Source: Nanobdellota archaeon (GTDB lineage: Archaea; Nanobdellota; Nanobdellia; Pacearchaeales; GW2011-AR1). From it: a stretch of DNA of 64,000 bases. The stretch spans positions 101,175 to 165,174 of the forward strand of contig JBBSYF010000001.1 in NCBI GenBank assembly GCA_038045405.1. The letters run 5' to 3'. Positions 56,349 to 64,000 of the stretch are shown here, piece after piece. Numbering within the stretch: the first letter of the stretch is position 1; every line of letters begins with the position of its first letter. Position numbers and translations under genes: made by a program. The notes under the pieces are model-generated. The model searched no databases and was not told where the DNA came from. It saw only the letters and a list, made by a program, of their open reading frames with translations.

Positions 56349-57038
56349 TTATTCTGCCTTTGATTTTATCTTCTTTTTCTTTTTTAATACTTTTTCAACT
56401 GGATTGTTTATGGCTTCTACATTCTTTCTTATTTTTTCTAAAAGTTTGTCATTAACGTCTATCTTATCTTTCAAATCTGCATCTGGAGAAAGAATACTCA
56501 CTTTTACTCCAACAGTTCCAGGTCTAGTTTGAGCAACAGCTTGTGCTCTGTCCACAACTTTTGCACTATCTCCCGTTTTCTTAAGATAACCTTGCGCGAA
56601 TCTCCATGTTTTAGCTCTTGAACTAGGAAGTTTACCGCTCAATCTTATTTCAGTACCAAGTGCACCTGCATTCATTATTCTCTGCAAAGTTTTGTATGCA
56701 ATTACCTTGAACTTTAAAGGGCCAAATCTTTCAAGGCTCAATGCAATTTCGTCGGCCATTATCTGAGCATCAAACTCAGCGTTTCTTATTTCGTCTATTT
56801 CTATGTGGGGATTTTCCAGATTAAATTTGCTCTTCAATATTTTTGTAAGTTCATCTATCTTTTCTCCACCTCTACCAATAATCAATCCTGGTCTATTTGT
56901 TGAAATAATAATCTTTTCTCCAACAGGAGTGTATTCTATCTTAACTTTACTAACTTTTCCTTTTCCAAGAGAATTTCTTACATATTCACGAATAGCAAAC
57001 TCTTCTTTTTTGAACTTTATGATATTTTTTTCTTCCAT
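56349..57038 (-). CDS. rps3: 30S ribosomal protein uS3
   Basis: RPGLIIGRGG, GALGTEIRLSGK, GYLKKTG. Confidence 0.97.
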   Translation of the reverse strand: MEEKNIIKFKKEEFAIREYVRNSLGKGKVSKVKIEYTPVGEKIIISTNRPGLIIGRGGEKIDELTKILKSKFNLENPHIEIDEIRNAEFDAQIMADEIALSLERFGPLKFKVIAYKTLQRIMNAGALGTEIRLSGKLPSSRAKTWRFAQGYLKKTGDSAKVVDRAQAVAQTRPGTVGVKVSILSPDADLKDKIDVNDKLLEKIRKNVEAINNPVEKVLKKKKKIKSKAE

Positions 57039-57039
57039 T

Positions 57040-57606
57040 TTATTTTTTATTTTTTACCTTTTCCGCAACATCTTTTGCAACAATCTTGATGTGAGTTCTC
57101 TTTTTTCTAACTGAGCCAAACCTTCCCATGACCTTCATACCAATATTTGGAACAGCTTCAACAATGACTGGATTTTCTAATCCATTGTAATTTGAGTTTG
57201 CTTTAAGACTTTTCAACAGTTTTATGAAATTTTCTGAAGCCTTTTTTGGGTATCTACCAGACATCATTCCCTTGCCCTTTCTGTGTGGAATTTCTCCAGT
57301 CATAGGAACGATTTTCTTAAATTTAAGGACTGCTTCCAAATCTTTGATTGCATCTTCAATTTTCTTTCCTCTAATGAACCTGCAGATTGCAGATGAATCT
57401 TTTGTTGAAATAGGAATGTTTTCTGCCATTACAACAGCTTCTGTTTTCTTTGGCCTTTCATGAACATGTTTCTTAACTTCTTTTTTCTCAGATTTTGTTT
57501 CCGTTTTCTCTTGATTTTCTAATTCTACCTTTTCTTCTTTCTCTTCTCTTTCTTCAACTTTCTCTATTCCTTCTTCAAGATTTTTTTCTGTTTTACTTTT
57601 TGTCAT
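57040..57606 (-). CDS. rpl22: 50S ribosomal protein uL22
   Basis: PISTKDS..ICRFIRG, GRYPKKA, THIKIV. Confidence 0.94.
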   Translation of the reverse strand: MTKSKTEKNLEEGIEKVEEREEKEEKVELENQEKTETKSEKKEVKKHVHERPKKTEAVVMAENIPISTKDSSAICRFIRGKKIEDAIKDLEAVLKFKKIVPMTGEIPHRKGKGMMSGRYPKKASENFIKLLKSLKANSNYNGLENPVIVEAVPNIGMKVMGRFGSVRKKRTHIKIVAKDVAEKVKNKK

Positions 57607-57608
57607 TT

Positions 57609-58037
57609 TTATTTTTTAGACTTGGATTTACTTCCTTTGGTTGCTCCAATACCTGCTTTACTGTGCTTTACTCTTGATCTTGTTAAGGCGAATTCTCCAA
57701 AGGTATGCCCTATCATTTCTCCAATTACGATGACTGGAAAAAATGTTTTTCCATTATGCATATCAATTTTCATTCCAACCATTTCTGGGACTATGATGAG
57801 ATCTCTTTGATGAGTTCTTATTGGTTTACCCTTACTTATCTTGACTTTTGCTCTGTTAACAAAATCTTCAATCACTTGGAACTGTCTAAGAACCGTTCTT
57901 CTCTGTCTTGCCTTTAAATATTTAGCAAACTCTCTAACGTCGAGTTTTTTAAGCTCTTCAAGACTTTTACCTCTGTATGTAAAGTCCTTCTTCTTCAGTT
58001 CTACTATTTCCGTTTCTTCGTTTTCCATTTTATCCAT
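57609..58037 (-). CDS. rps19: 30S ribosomal protein uS19
   Basis: FTYRGK, RTHQRDLIIVPEMVG, MIGH..GEF. Confidence 0.96.
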   Translation of the reverse strand: MDKMENEETEIVELKKKDFTYRGKSLEELKKLDVREFAKYLKARQRRTVLRQFQVIEDFVNRAKVKISKGKPIRTHQRDLIIVPEMVGMKIDMHNGKTFFPVIVIGEMIGHTFGEFALTRSRVKHSKAGIGATKGSKSKSKK

Positions 58038-58728
58038 GATACCCCGTTTGTTTTGGTCTTAAGTGTCCAACTCTTCTTCCTGGAGGAGCGTTTCTCTTTG
58101 CAATCTTACTCTTTGGATTCTTTCCTCTACCAGAGCCGAATGGGTGATCGATAACATTCATTTTAACTGCAGAAGTTCTTGGCCATAATTTTCCTCTGGA
58201 AGTTTTTATGTGGAAGTTTTTACCGGCCTTCAATATTGGTTTGTCTAGTCTTCCTGCTCCAGCAACAACTCCAATAAATGCTCGACATCTTTTATGGAAG
58301 CTTTTTTCTTTTTTCGAAGGCATTAAAACATAAACTTCTTCCCCAACAACTTTGTTAACAACCCCGTAACTTCCAGCAGTTTTTATGAAAACTCCGCCGT
58401 CACCAGGTCTAGACTCTATATTGTAAACCTGTGTTTTTATAGGAATATTTCCTAGCTCCAGAAGATTTCCTTCTGCAACAGTTTCCCCGCTGAGATTTAT
58501 CTTTTGTCCTTCTACCATTCCTTTGAATGCCGGCATGTAAAAGATACCCTTGCTGTAAATAATCTTAGCTAAGGGGGCAGTGTGAGCTGGGGAGTTTACT
58601 AATTTCAAAACAGTTCCTTCTCCTGAAAGTTTTGAAGGATATGTAACTTCGAATCTGAAAGCTCTTCTTCTAACTCTGTAGGTTCCGCTTCCGTGTCCTC
58701 GTGCTTGTGATACAATTCTTTTACCCAT
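58030..58728 (-). CDS. rpl2: 50S ribosomal protein uL2
   Basis: MGKRIVSQARG, NIESRPGDGG, MNVIDHPFGSG, APPGRRVG. Confidence 0.97.
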   Translation of the reverse strand: MGKRIVSQARGHGSGTYRVRRRAFRFEVTYPSKLSGEGTVLKLVNSPAHTAPLAKIIYSKGIFYMPAFKGMVEGQKINLSGETVAEGNLLELGNIPIKTQVYNIESRPGDGGVFIKTAGSYGVVNKVVGEEVYVLMPSKKEKSFHKRCRAFIGVVAGAGRLDKPILKAGKNFHIKTSRGKLWPRTSAVKMNVIDHPFGSGRGKNPKSKIAKRNAPPGRRVGHLRPKQTGYHG

Positions 58729-59046
58729 TTAAGAATACTTTGCCTCCAATTCTTTCATCAATAATTTATATTCGGATAATAGTTCAGGGTCCATGTTTGC
58801 ACTACCATAAGTCACCACATTTGCAAGAGTATGCTCGTCCAAGGTTAAATGTCTCTTTGATAATCTGCGAACACTTTCTCTGCCAAACTTAATCTTATGA
58901 ACAAGTCTTGATGTTGATGACCCACTGGTTGCTGCAATTATCTCAACAGTTCCATCTCCGTCTTTTCTGCTGCAATATCCCATCCCATAACCAGCGACGG
59001 ACATCTTGCTTCCCACTTTTATATCTTCAAATTTAATTACATTCAT
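58729..59046 (-). CDS. hypothetical protein inserted between uL23 and uL2
   Basis: 105-aa ORF with 1-nt and 0-nt gaps to its neighbours. Confidence 0.75.
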   Translation of the reverse strand: MNVIKFEDIKVGSKMSVAGYGMGYCSRKDGDGTVEIIAATSGSSTSRLVHKIKFGRESVRRLSKRHLTLDEHTLANVVTYGSANMDPELLSEYKLLMKELEAKYS

Positions 59047-59047
59047 T

Positions 59048-59296
59048 TTATATTATCCCAAGTTTCGTAGCTATGTCTAAAGCTGGAAACTCCTTCTTTA
59101 ATTTAACATAAGCAAACTTCTTGTTGTCTTTAACCAATGTTCTAATTTTTTCAACTTTAACATCGAACAAAGATTCAATTTCTTTTTTTATGCTTTCTTT
59201 TGTTGCTGCTTTCTCTGTTTTAAATGTAAGAACATTTTCTCTTTCGATAAGCATAACTGCTTTTTCTGTTACTATTGGTTTTAAATTGAAGTTCAT
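59048..59296 (-). CDS. rpl23: 50S ribosomal protein uL23
   Basis: PIVTEKA, N.LTF, KFAYVKL, IATKLG. Confidence 0.95.
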   Translation of the reverse strand: MNFNLKPIVTEKAVMLIERENVLTFKTEKAATKESIKKEIESLFDVKVEKIRTLVKDNKKFAYVKLKKEFPALDIATKLGII

Positions 59297-60090
59297 TTTA
59301 GTTTTTCACCTAATTCCTTTATTGCAGTCTCGGTGTAGACGGTTAGTCTTCCTAAACCACCTTGTGCTAGGTCATTTACATTCAAGTTGTGGGTGTTCTT
59401 CACTTCGAAAATTTTTGCTTTAGCTTTTTCACTCTTTCCGACAACCAAAAGCATGCCCGCACTATTCTTGTACCTTCTTCCTCTACGCTTTCCCTTCCCA
59501 CTTCTAATTTTTTTACTTCCTAATGCAATTTCAGATATTTTTTCTCCAAGTATTTTTTTAACACTGTTAACTAACTCTTTTGTTTTTAATGAGAGGAACT
59601 TTGAATCAACAACAAGAGGTAATTCCTTCATATCTTTCTCAACAATTCTTGAATATCTTGCTACCATTGTCTTTTCGTTTGCAGTAGCATTTATTGCTGA
59701 GATAAGTGCGAGGTTCATTTCTCTTTTATTTATTTTTTTAGTATTAATCATAGAGATAACTTTTGGAGGATGTGCTCTTCTTCCACCTCTTGTGGAGGCA
59801 ATTTCTGCTCCTACCCAATTAAATTGCGTTCCTCTTCCAGACATTATTTTCCTTGGAACTCTCGAAATTCCTTTTCCATACGCAGTTCTCCATTTTCTTC
59901 TTGCGTGTCTTATGATTCCTGAAGCAGAATGTTGTTTACCTGCAATAAGTGAAGGAGCATATGGGTGCATTGTCTTACTTGCTTCAAGAACTTTTGACAC
60001 TATATCTTCTCTTATTCTCTCTGAGAAAAAACTAGGAAGTTCCATTTCTTTTGTCTTCTTTCCTTCGGTGTCAAATATTTTTATTTTCAT
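59293..60090 (-). CDS. rpl4: 50S ribosomal protein uL4
   Basis: GISRVPR, GGRRAHPPK, IRSGKGKRRGR, GRLTVYT. Confidence 0.96.
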   Translation of the reverse strand: MKIKIFDTEGKKTKEMELPSFFSERIREDIVSKVLEASKTMHPYAPSLIAGKQHSASGIIRHARRKWRTAYGKGISRVPRKIMSGRGTQFNWVGAEIASTRGGRRAHPPKVISMINTKKINKREMNLALISAINATANEKTMVARYSRIVEKDMKELPLVVDSKFLSLKTKELVNSVKKILGEKISEIALGSKKIRSGKGKRRGRRYKNSAGMLLVVGKSEKAKAKIFEVKNTHNLNVNDLAQGGLGRLTVYTETAIKELGEKLK

Positions 60091-60092
60091 TT

Positions 60093-61046
60093 TTATCTTA
60101 GTTCTATAAACTCAAATTTTTTCTTTCCTTGTTTTTTAGTTTCTCTTAAGGGGAAAGTAGCAACAAGTTGTCTTTTTGGAGGGCCTTGTACAGAACCCTT
60201 AACAAGAATGTAGTCTGTTTTCAGGTCTCCAAAATTATGAATATTACTCAAGCCTTTTTTCCCTTCAGATTTTCCCATGTCAACTATTGTGTTATTGTAT
60301 GAAACTCTCGTAAACATTCCATACTGCCCTGCCATTGGTGCTCTGAATGTAGTTCTCGCAGGATGCCAAGGTCCTAAGCTTCCGGGACGTCTAACACCCT
60401 TTTCAGACTTATGTGACTTTAATGTGATTCCAAATCTCTTAACTGGTCCTGAAAGCCCCCTCCCAGTTGTTAAACCCCTGAAATCAACTAACTGTCCTCC
60501 TTTGAAGACACTTGAAATGGAAATTTCTTTTCCAAGATTTTCTTTTACAAATTCAAGTTTTTCGTCGAGACTTCCAGTCAATCCAATTTCACTTAAATCA
60601 GGAGTTTTCTTGATGTTTGTTTTTTTAACTTGCGAATAACATATAACTTTGATGTCGTCATACTCTTCTCTTTTAACACTATCAACCTTTCCATGCTTAC
60701 CTTTTGCCATTATCACTTTTCTTCTCATTTCTTTGTCAAGGTTTTCAGAAAGAATTTCTTTTGCAGGGATTCCGTCTTTGTAAAATCTTACAGAGAAAAT
60801 CTTCATCGTTGGGCACTCTAAAATTGTTACAGGAAGAACAATTTTCTTTCCCTTAGTCATAGAATGTTCGGTGTTGTCTTTCACATAAGCAGAGGCCATT
60901 CCTGCTTTGTAACATATGAATCCTTTAAGTCCTTTAAGATTTTTTTCAGAATCAATAGCACCCCAGTTAACTCTAGGCAAAAATTTTCTGGCCCTTTTCC
61001 TTGGCCAAAATTGCAAGCTTCCTTTCCTTGGTGTTCGTGTTGACAT
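60093..61046 (-). CDS. rpl3: 50S ribosomal protein uL3
   Basis: PRKGSLQFWPRKRA, YKAGM, GPVKRFG, GSLGPWHP, KGSVQGP. Confidence 0.97.
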   Translation of the reverse strand: MSTRTPRKGSLQFWPRKRARKFLPRVNWGAIDSEKNLKGLKGFICYKAGMASAYVKDNTEHSMTKGKKIVLPVTILECPTMKIFSVRFYKDGIPAKEILSENLDKEMRRKVIMAKGKHGKVDSVKREEYDDIKVICYSQVKKTNIKKTPDLSEIGLTGSLDEKLEFVKENLGKEISISSVFKGGQLVDFRGLTTGRGLSGPVKRFGITLKSHKSEKGVRRPGSLGPWHPARTTFRAPMAGQYGMFTRVSYNNTIVDMGKSEGKKGLSNIHNFGDLKTDYILVKGSVQGPPKRQLVATFPLRETKKQGKKKFEFIELR

Positions 61047-61196
61047 TTGTTATTGTTATACTGTTAGTACTGATAGCGGTTTTCATTTTACCTTCCCTGG
61101 AATATAATACCAAGAAAAAAGGGGTTTTTAAATCTTTTTTAGGCGTTGCGGGAGAGATGTATTGTAACATTAAAAGGATTTAATTAGGCTAGAAAA

Positions 61197-61451
61197 TTAA
61201 TCAAACATTCCTTTTCCCATCCGTGTTTGAATATACTCCAATAATTTCGGACTATTTTTAACTATCAATTTTCCTTTTATTCTTATTGCTTCTTTAAGCA
61301 CCATAGTTCTTTGACCGCCACTTCCTCTTTGAGATTTTGTTCTTTCTGTGTACAAAGGAGTAACTAAAACTAATGTGTAAGGACTTATATCATCTTCTTC
61401 ACATTCCATAACAATTCCATCTGCCCCTTTTAACCAATTATCAGTTTCCAT
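61197..61451 (-). CDS. hypothetical protein
   Basis: 84-aa ATG ORF co-oriented with the MORC island. Confidence 0.55.
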   Translation of the reverse strand: METDNWLKGADGIVMECEEDDISPYTLVLVTPLYTERTKSQRGSGGQRTMVLKEAIRIKGKLIVKNSPKLLEYIQTRMGKGMFD

Positions 61452-61553
61452 TATGTAAAACCATTTAAAGAGTTTTTATTCCCCAATCTCTTTTTTCCCA
61501 TCTCACAATACTTTTTATCAATCTCTATGTTTATGCTGTTTCGGTCCAATTTA

Positions 61554-61754
61554 TTACAATCCACCTTTGAAGCCTCTTAATACCCATAAAATTAAAGCAA
61601 TAACTGTGGCTATCACAAATATTAAACCAATAACGAATAACAAACCTGTCGAATCTGTGCTACTAGAACTTAGAAATAAAAATCCAACAAATATCAAAAC
61701 GGTAGCACCAATTAATGTGCTTATTATGGTCTTAATGTTACCTTTTGAGTTCAT
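61554..61754 (-). CDS. small two-TM membrane protein
   Basis: Two hydrophobic helices; strong AAGGAGGT Shine-Dalgarno upstream. Confidence 0.7.
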   Translation of the reverse strand: MNSKGNIKTIISTLIGATVLIFVGFLFLSSSSTDSTGLLFVIGLIFVIATVIALILWVLRGFKGGL

Positions 61755-61772
61755 ATCTTAATTACCTCCTTT

Positions 61773-63350
61773 TTATTCATCTCGTTTTGCTCTCACTGCA
61801 GCTAATTTTTTGTTTAATTCTTCCATATCTTTTTGTATTTTTTCTTCCTCATCGAATGCTCTCATAATCTCTCCTGTTCTTCTCAAAATCATATCTCTCA
61901 GCACAAAAATCCTGCTCTTATCCTCGCCCCTCTCTTTTACCATAATCTCAGCAATACCTTCAGCAATGTTAATTGTAGCGTAGAATATTGAATCTTTTGT
62001 TGCAGAGAAAGCAGGGAAAATTACGTTTGTAAATATTTCAATACCTTTCTCATCACTTAAAGAAACTTGCTTTACTATGCTCTTGTCTTCTAAATCGACA
62101 AACTTGTGGGTGTATCTAAACTTTTTCCCATTAATTGTGAGTTCATATTTTTTCTTATTATGTGTTTTTTTTGGATTTCTTTCCCTTTCTGTTTCTGGTT
62201 CTTTGACTTCTTGGATAACTGAAACCTCTTGCCGTTCTCTCTTTTCTATTTCAGTGTCTATTTTTTTATTTTTTCCACTCTGACTCAGAGGAGTTGCATA
62301 ACTTTTTAGTTCAGGTGTGTTTTTGATGGCTCTCGCAATTATATCCTCCTGGACACTCATTTTTTCTTCCAAAGCAGGGCTAATTTTTGAAACTGTATCG
62401 TATTTCCTTGCTTTAGCCAAAAAGGGCTTTACCTGTTCCCTCATTTTAGTTTCAAACTCAAAATACTCTCCAGACTCTTTAATCCACTCTCTTTTGTTGT
62501 GTGTAACAGGTATACCTTCAACAAAAATTTCTCCTGCAATTCTTCTAGCATCTGGGTGAGGACTGAATCCTATTTTATCATGTTGTGTAATCAGTCTGTT
62601 GTGCCTATAAGTGTTAAAACCATAAAATCCTTTATTTCCTGAATAACCACTTTTCATCAAACCAATCCAACCTTTTATTACTCCTCCACTAGACAATTTA
62701 AAAGAAAATTCTGACTTTCCATCTTCGGTAAGCTCCTGTTCTACAGGGAGACATAAACTATTGTTAACCTTTAATATTATTTCACCACTAGAGATATAAG
62801 GTCCGAATCTTAACGCCAAATCTTCTTTCACATTAGTTACCAAGTTAGGGTAATATTTAATTTTCAACTTATCAACAGTAATTTTAGTGCCAGTTTCATT
62901 AGGGGATGTCTTTTGAATTCTCATTGGATGCTTATTCCAATCTCCCCTTTTTAACCAATCATCTTCGTCAAATTCTAAAACAAATCTTTTATCATTCTTT
63001 CTTTGTGTGGTATCAATAACAAATCTTTTTCCTAAACTCTGACAAGATGTTTTCAGACCCAAACCAAACTCTCCTAACTTGTTCTTTTTTTCAGAGTGGG
63101 CTAATTTTAGAGATTTAGCTGCGTTGTTTTCGTCCATTCCCATCCCATCATCATTTACTTCAATAAAATCTTTATTCAACAAAATATTCACATTAAGCAC
63201 TGCATCATCAAATCTGGCATCTATTGAATTGTCGACCAGTTCCGAGATTGCCTGACTAACACTATATCCTGCCTGACCAATTTTTGGCATTAAACTTTTG
63301 TCAGGAGTTATGTCAATCTGTTTGATTTCATCTGTTTCTGTGTTTTGCAT
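61773..63350 (-). CDS. MORC-like GHKL (HSP90-like) ATPase with C-terminal coiled coil
   Basis: ELVDNSIDA, DDGMGM, GEFGLGLK, GTKITV Bergerat motifs; YRHNRLI and THNKRE S5-fold motifs. Confidence 0.88.
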   Translation of the reverse strand: MQNTETDEIKQIDITPDKSLMPKIGQAGYSVSQAISELVDNSIDARFDDAVLNVNILLNKDFIEVNDDGMGMDENNAAKSLKLAHSEKKNKLGEFGLGLKTSCQSLGKRFVIDTTQRKNDKRFVLEFDEDDWLKRGDWNKHPMRIQKTSPNETGTKITVDKLKIKYYPNLVTNVKEDLALRFGPYISSGEIILKVNNSLCLPVEQELTEDGKSEFSFKLSSGGVIKGWIGLMKSGYSGNKGFYGFNTYRHNRLITQHDKIGFSPHPDARRIAGEIFVEGIPVTHNKREWIKESGEYFEFETKMREQVKPFLAKARKYDTVSKISPALEEKMSVQEDIIARAIKNTPELKSYATPLSQSGKNKKIDTEIEKRERQEVSVIQEVKEPETERERNPKKTHNKKKYELTINGKKFRYTHKFVDLEDKSIVKQVSLSDEKGIEIFTNVIFPAFSATKDSIFYATINIAEGIAEIMVKERGEDKSRIFVLRDMILRRTGEIMRAFDEEEKIQKDMEELNKKLAAVRAKRDE

Positions 63351-63436
63351 AGATATGCAAATAAGATATAACTATTTAAATGTTTCTATATTCGAGTCGG
63401 AATATAAGATTTAGAATTTCTTATAAAGGTATTATC

Positions 63437-64000
63437 TTATATCTCAAAATCCTTTTCAGTCTTTACTTCCTTACCATCAACATTAGTGGTTCTAATGATT
63501 TTTCCTTTTCTTTTAGCCATCTCACGGATTTTGGCATAATCTGTTTCTCCCTTAGGCATAACAATGCCTGTTATTATTAGTCTATGCTCAACACTTGCTT
63601 TTTTACAGTCCGGCAAATCCCAGAAAAAGTCCTCTCTTGCTTGCCCAAAGTATTTTTCATCAATTTCCATCTGGCAGAATTTATCGTCTATTTTTCCTTC
63701 ACTTTTTCCTGGCTTTGGTAGTTTGGCCTTTATTCTTAATTTTAGCCCGTTACCATCTGCATTCAGAAGAAAGCAATAAACCTGCGGTGCAATCTTTTTT
63801 ATTTGACTGCTTGGCATGTCTTTAACTTCATAAATTATTTTTCCCTCTTTCTTCTTTCCAGAAAGCCCAGGAATATCTTGCCTACTCCATATAGTTCCGT
63901 AAAAATTTGCTTCTCCTAAATTAGCAACAAATAAAGTAAAATCATTTGCATACTCAAAACTTCCCTTAATCTTTACGTTTTTTGTTCTCCACAATCCAAG
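63437..64000 (-). CDS. hypothetical protein, 5'-partial
   Basis: Frame stays open to the window end; KLPKPGK, DDKFC, AKRKGKIIR. Confidence 0.75.
   Translation of the reverse strand, partial: LGLWRTKNVKIKGSFEYANDFTLFVANLGEANFYGTIWSRQDIPGLSGKKKEGKIIYEVKDMPSSQIKKIAPQVYCFLLNADGNGLKLRIKAKLPKPGKSEGKIDDKFCQMEIDEKYFGQAREDFFWDLPDCKKASVEHRLIITGIVMPKGETDYAKIREMAKRKGKIIRTTNVDGKEVKTEKDFEI

Overview
AT-rich archaeal chromosome segment, most likely from a DPANN archaeon (Pacearchaeota/Woesearchaeota-like; inferred from the archaeal ribosomal protein set, the extended uS14, the stand-alone 5S rRNA, a ribose-1,5-bisphosphate isomerase and largely SD-less starts). It holds the rpl21e-rpoF-DUF655-S13-S4-S11-rpoD-tRNA-Leu-L18e-L13-S9 cluster, rpoN, a lone 5S rRNA, four tRNAs, secF/secD, a ~28 kb surface-glycan/phospho-headgroup island ending in aglB and aglH, the L3-to-secY superoperon, and a small MORC/GHKL ATPase island. 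Strongest oddities: (1) a free-standing double-LAGLIDADG endonuclease whose ORF runs through the 5' exon of an intron-containing tRNA-Gly(TCC), stops inside the intron and encodes the tRNA's putative TATA box; (2) a tRNA-Leu with an AAG (A34) anticodon; (3) a 32-bp element (29/32 identical) found both just downstream of the 5S rRNA and, in the opposite transcriptional orientation, between uL5 and uS14; (4) a CATAA-TATA promoter class shared across the glycan island; (5) a duplicated nucleotidyltransferase pair with one apparently dead copy; (6) an exonuclease broken by a single in-frame TAG. No CRISPR array or IS transposase was seen. All calls come from reading motifs by eye; no database search was run.
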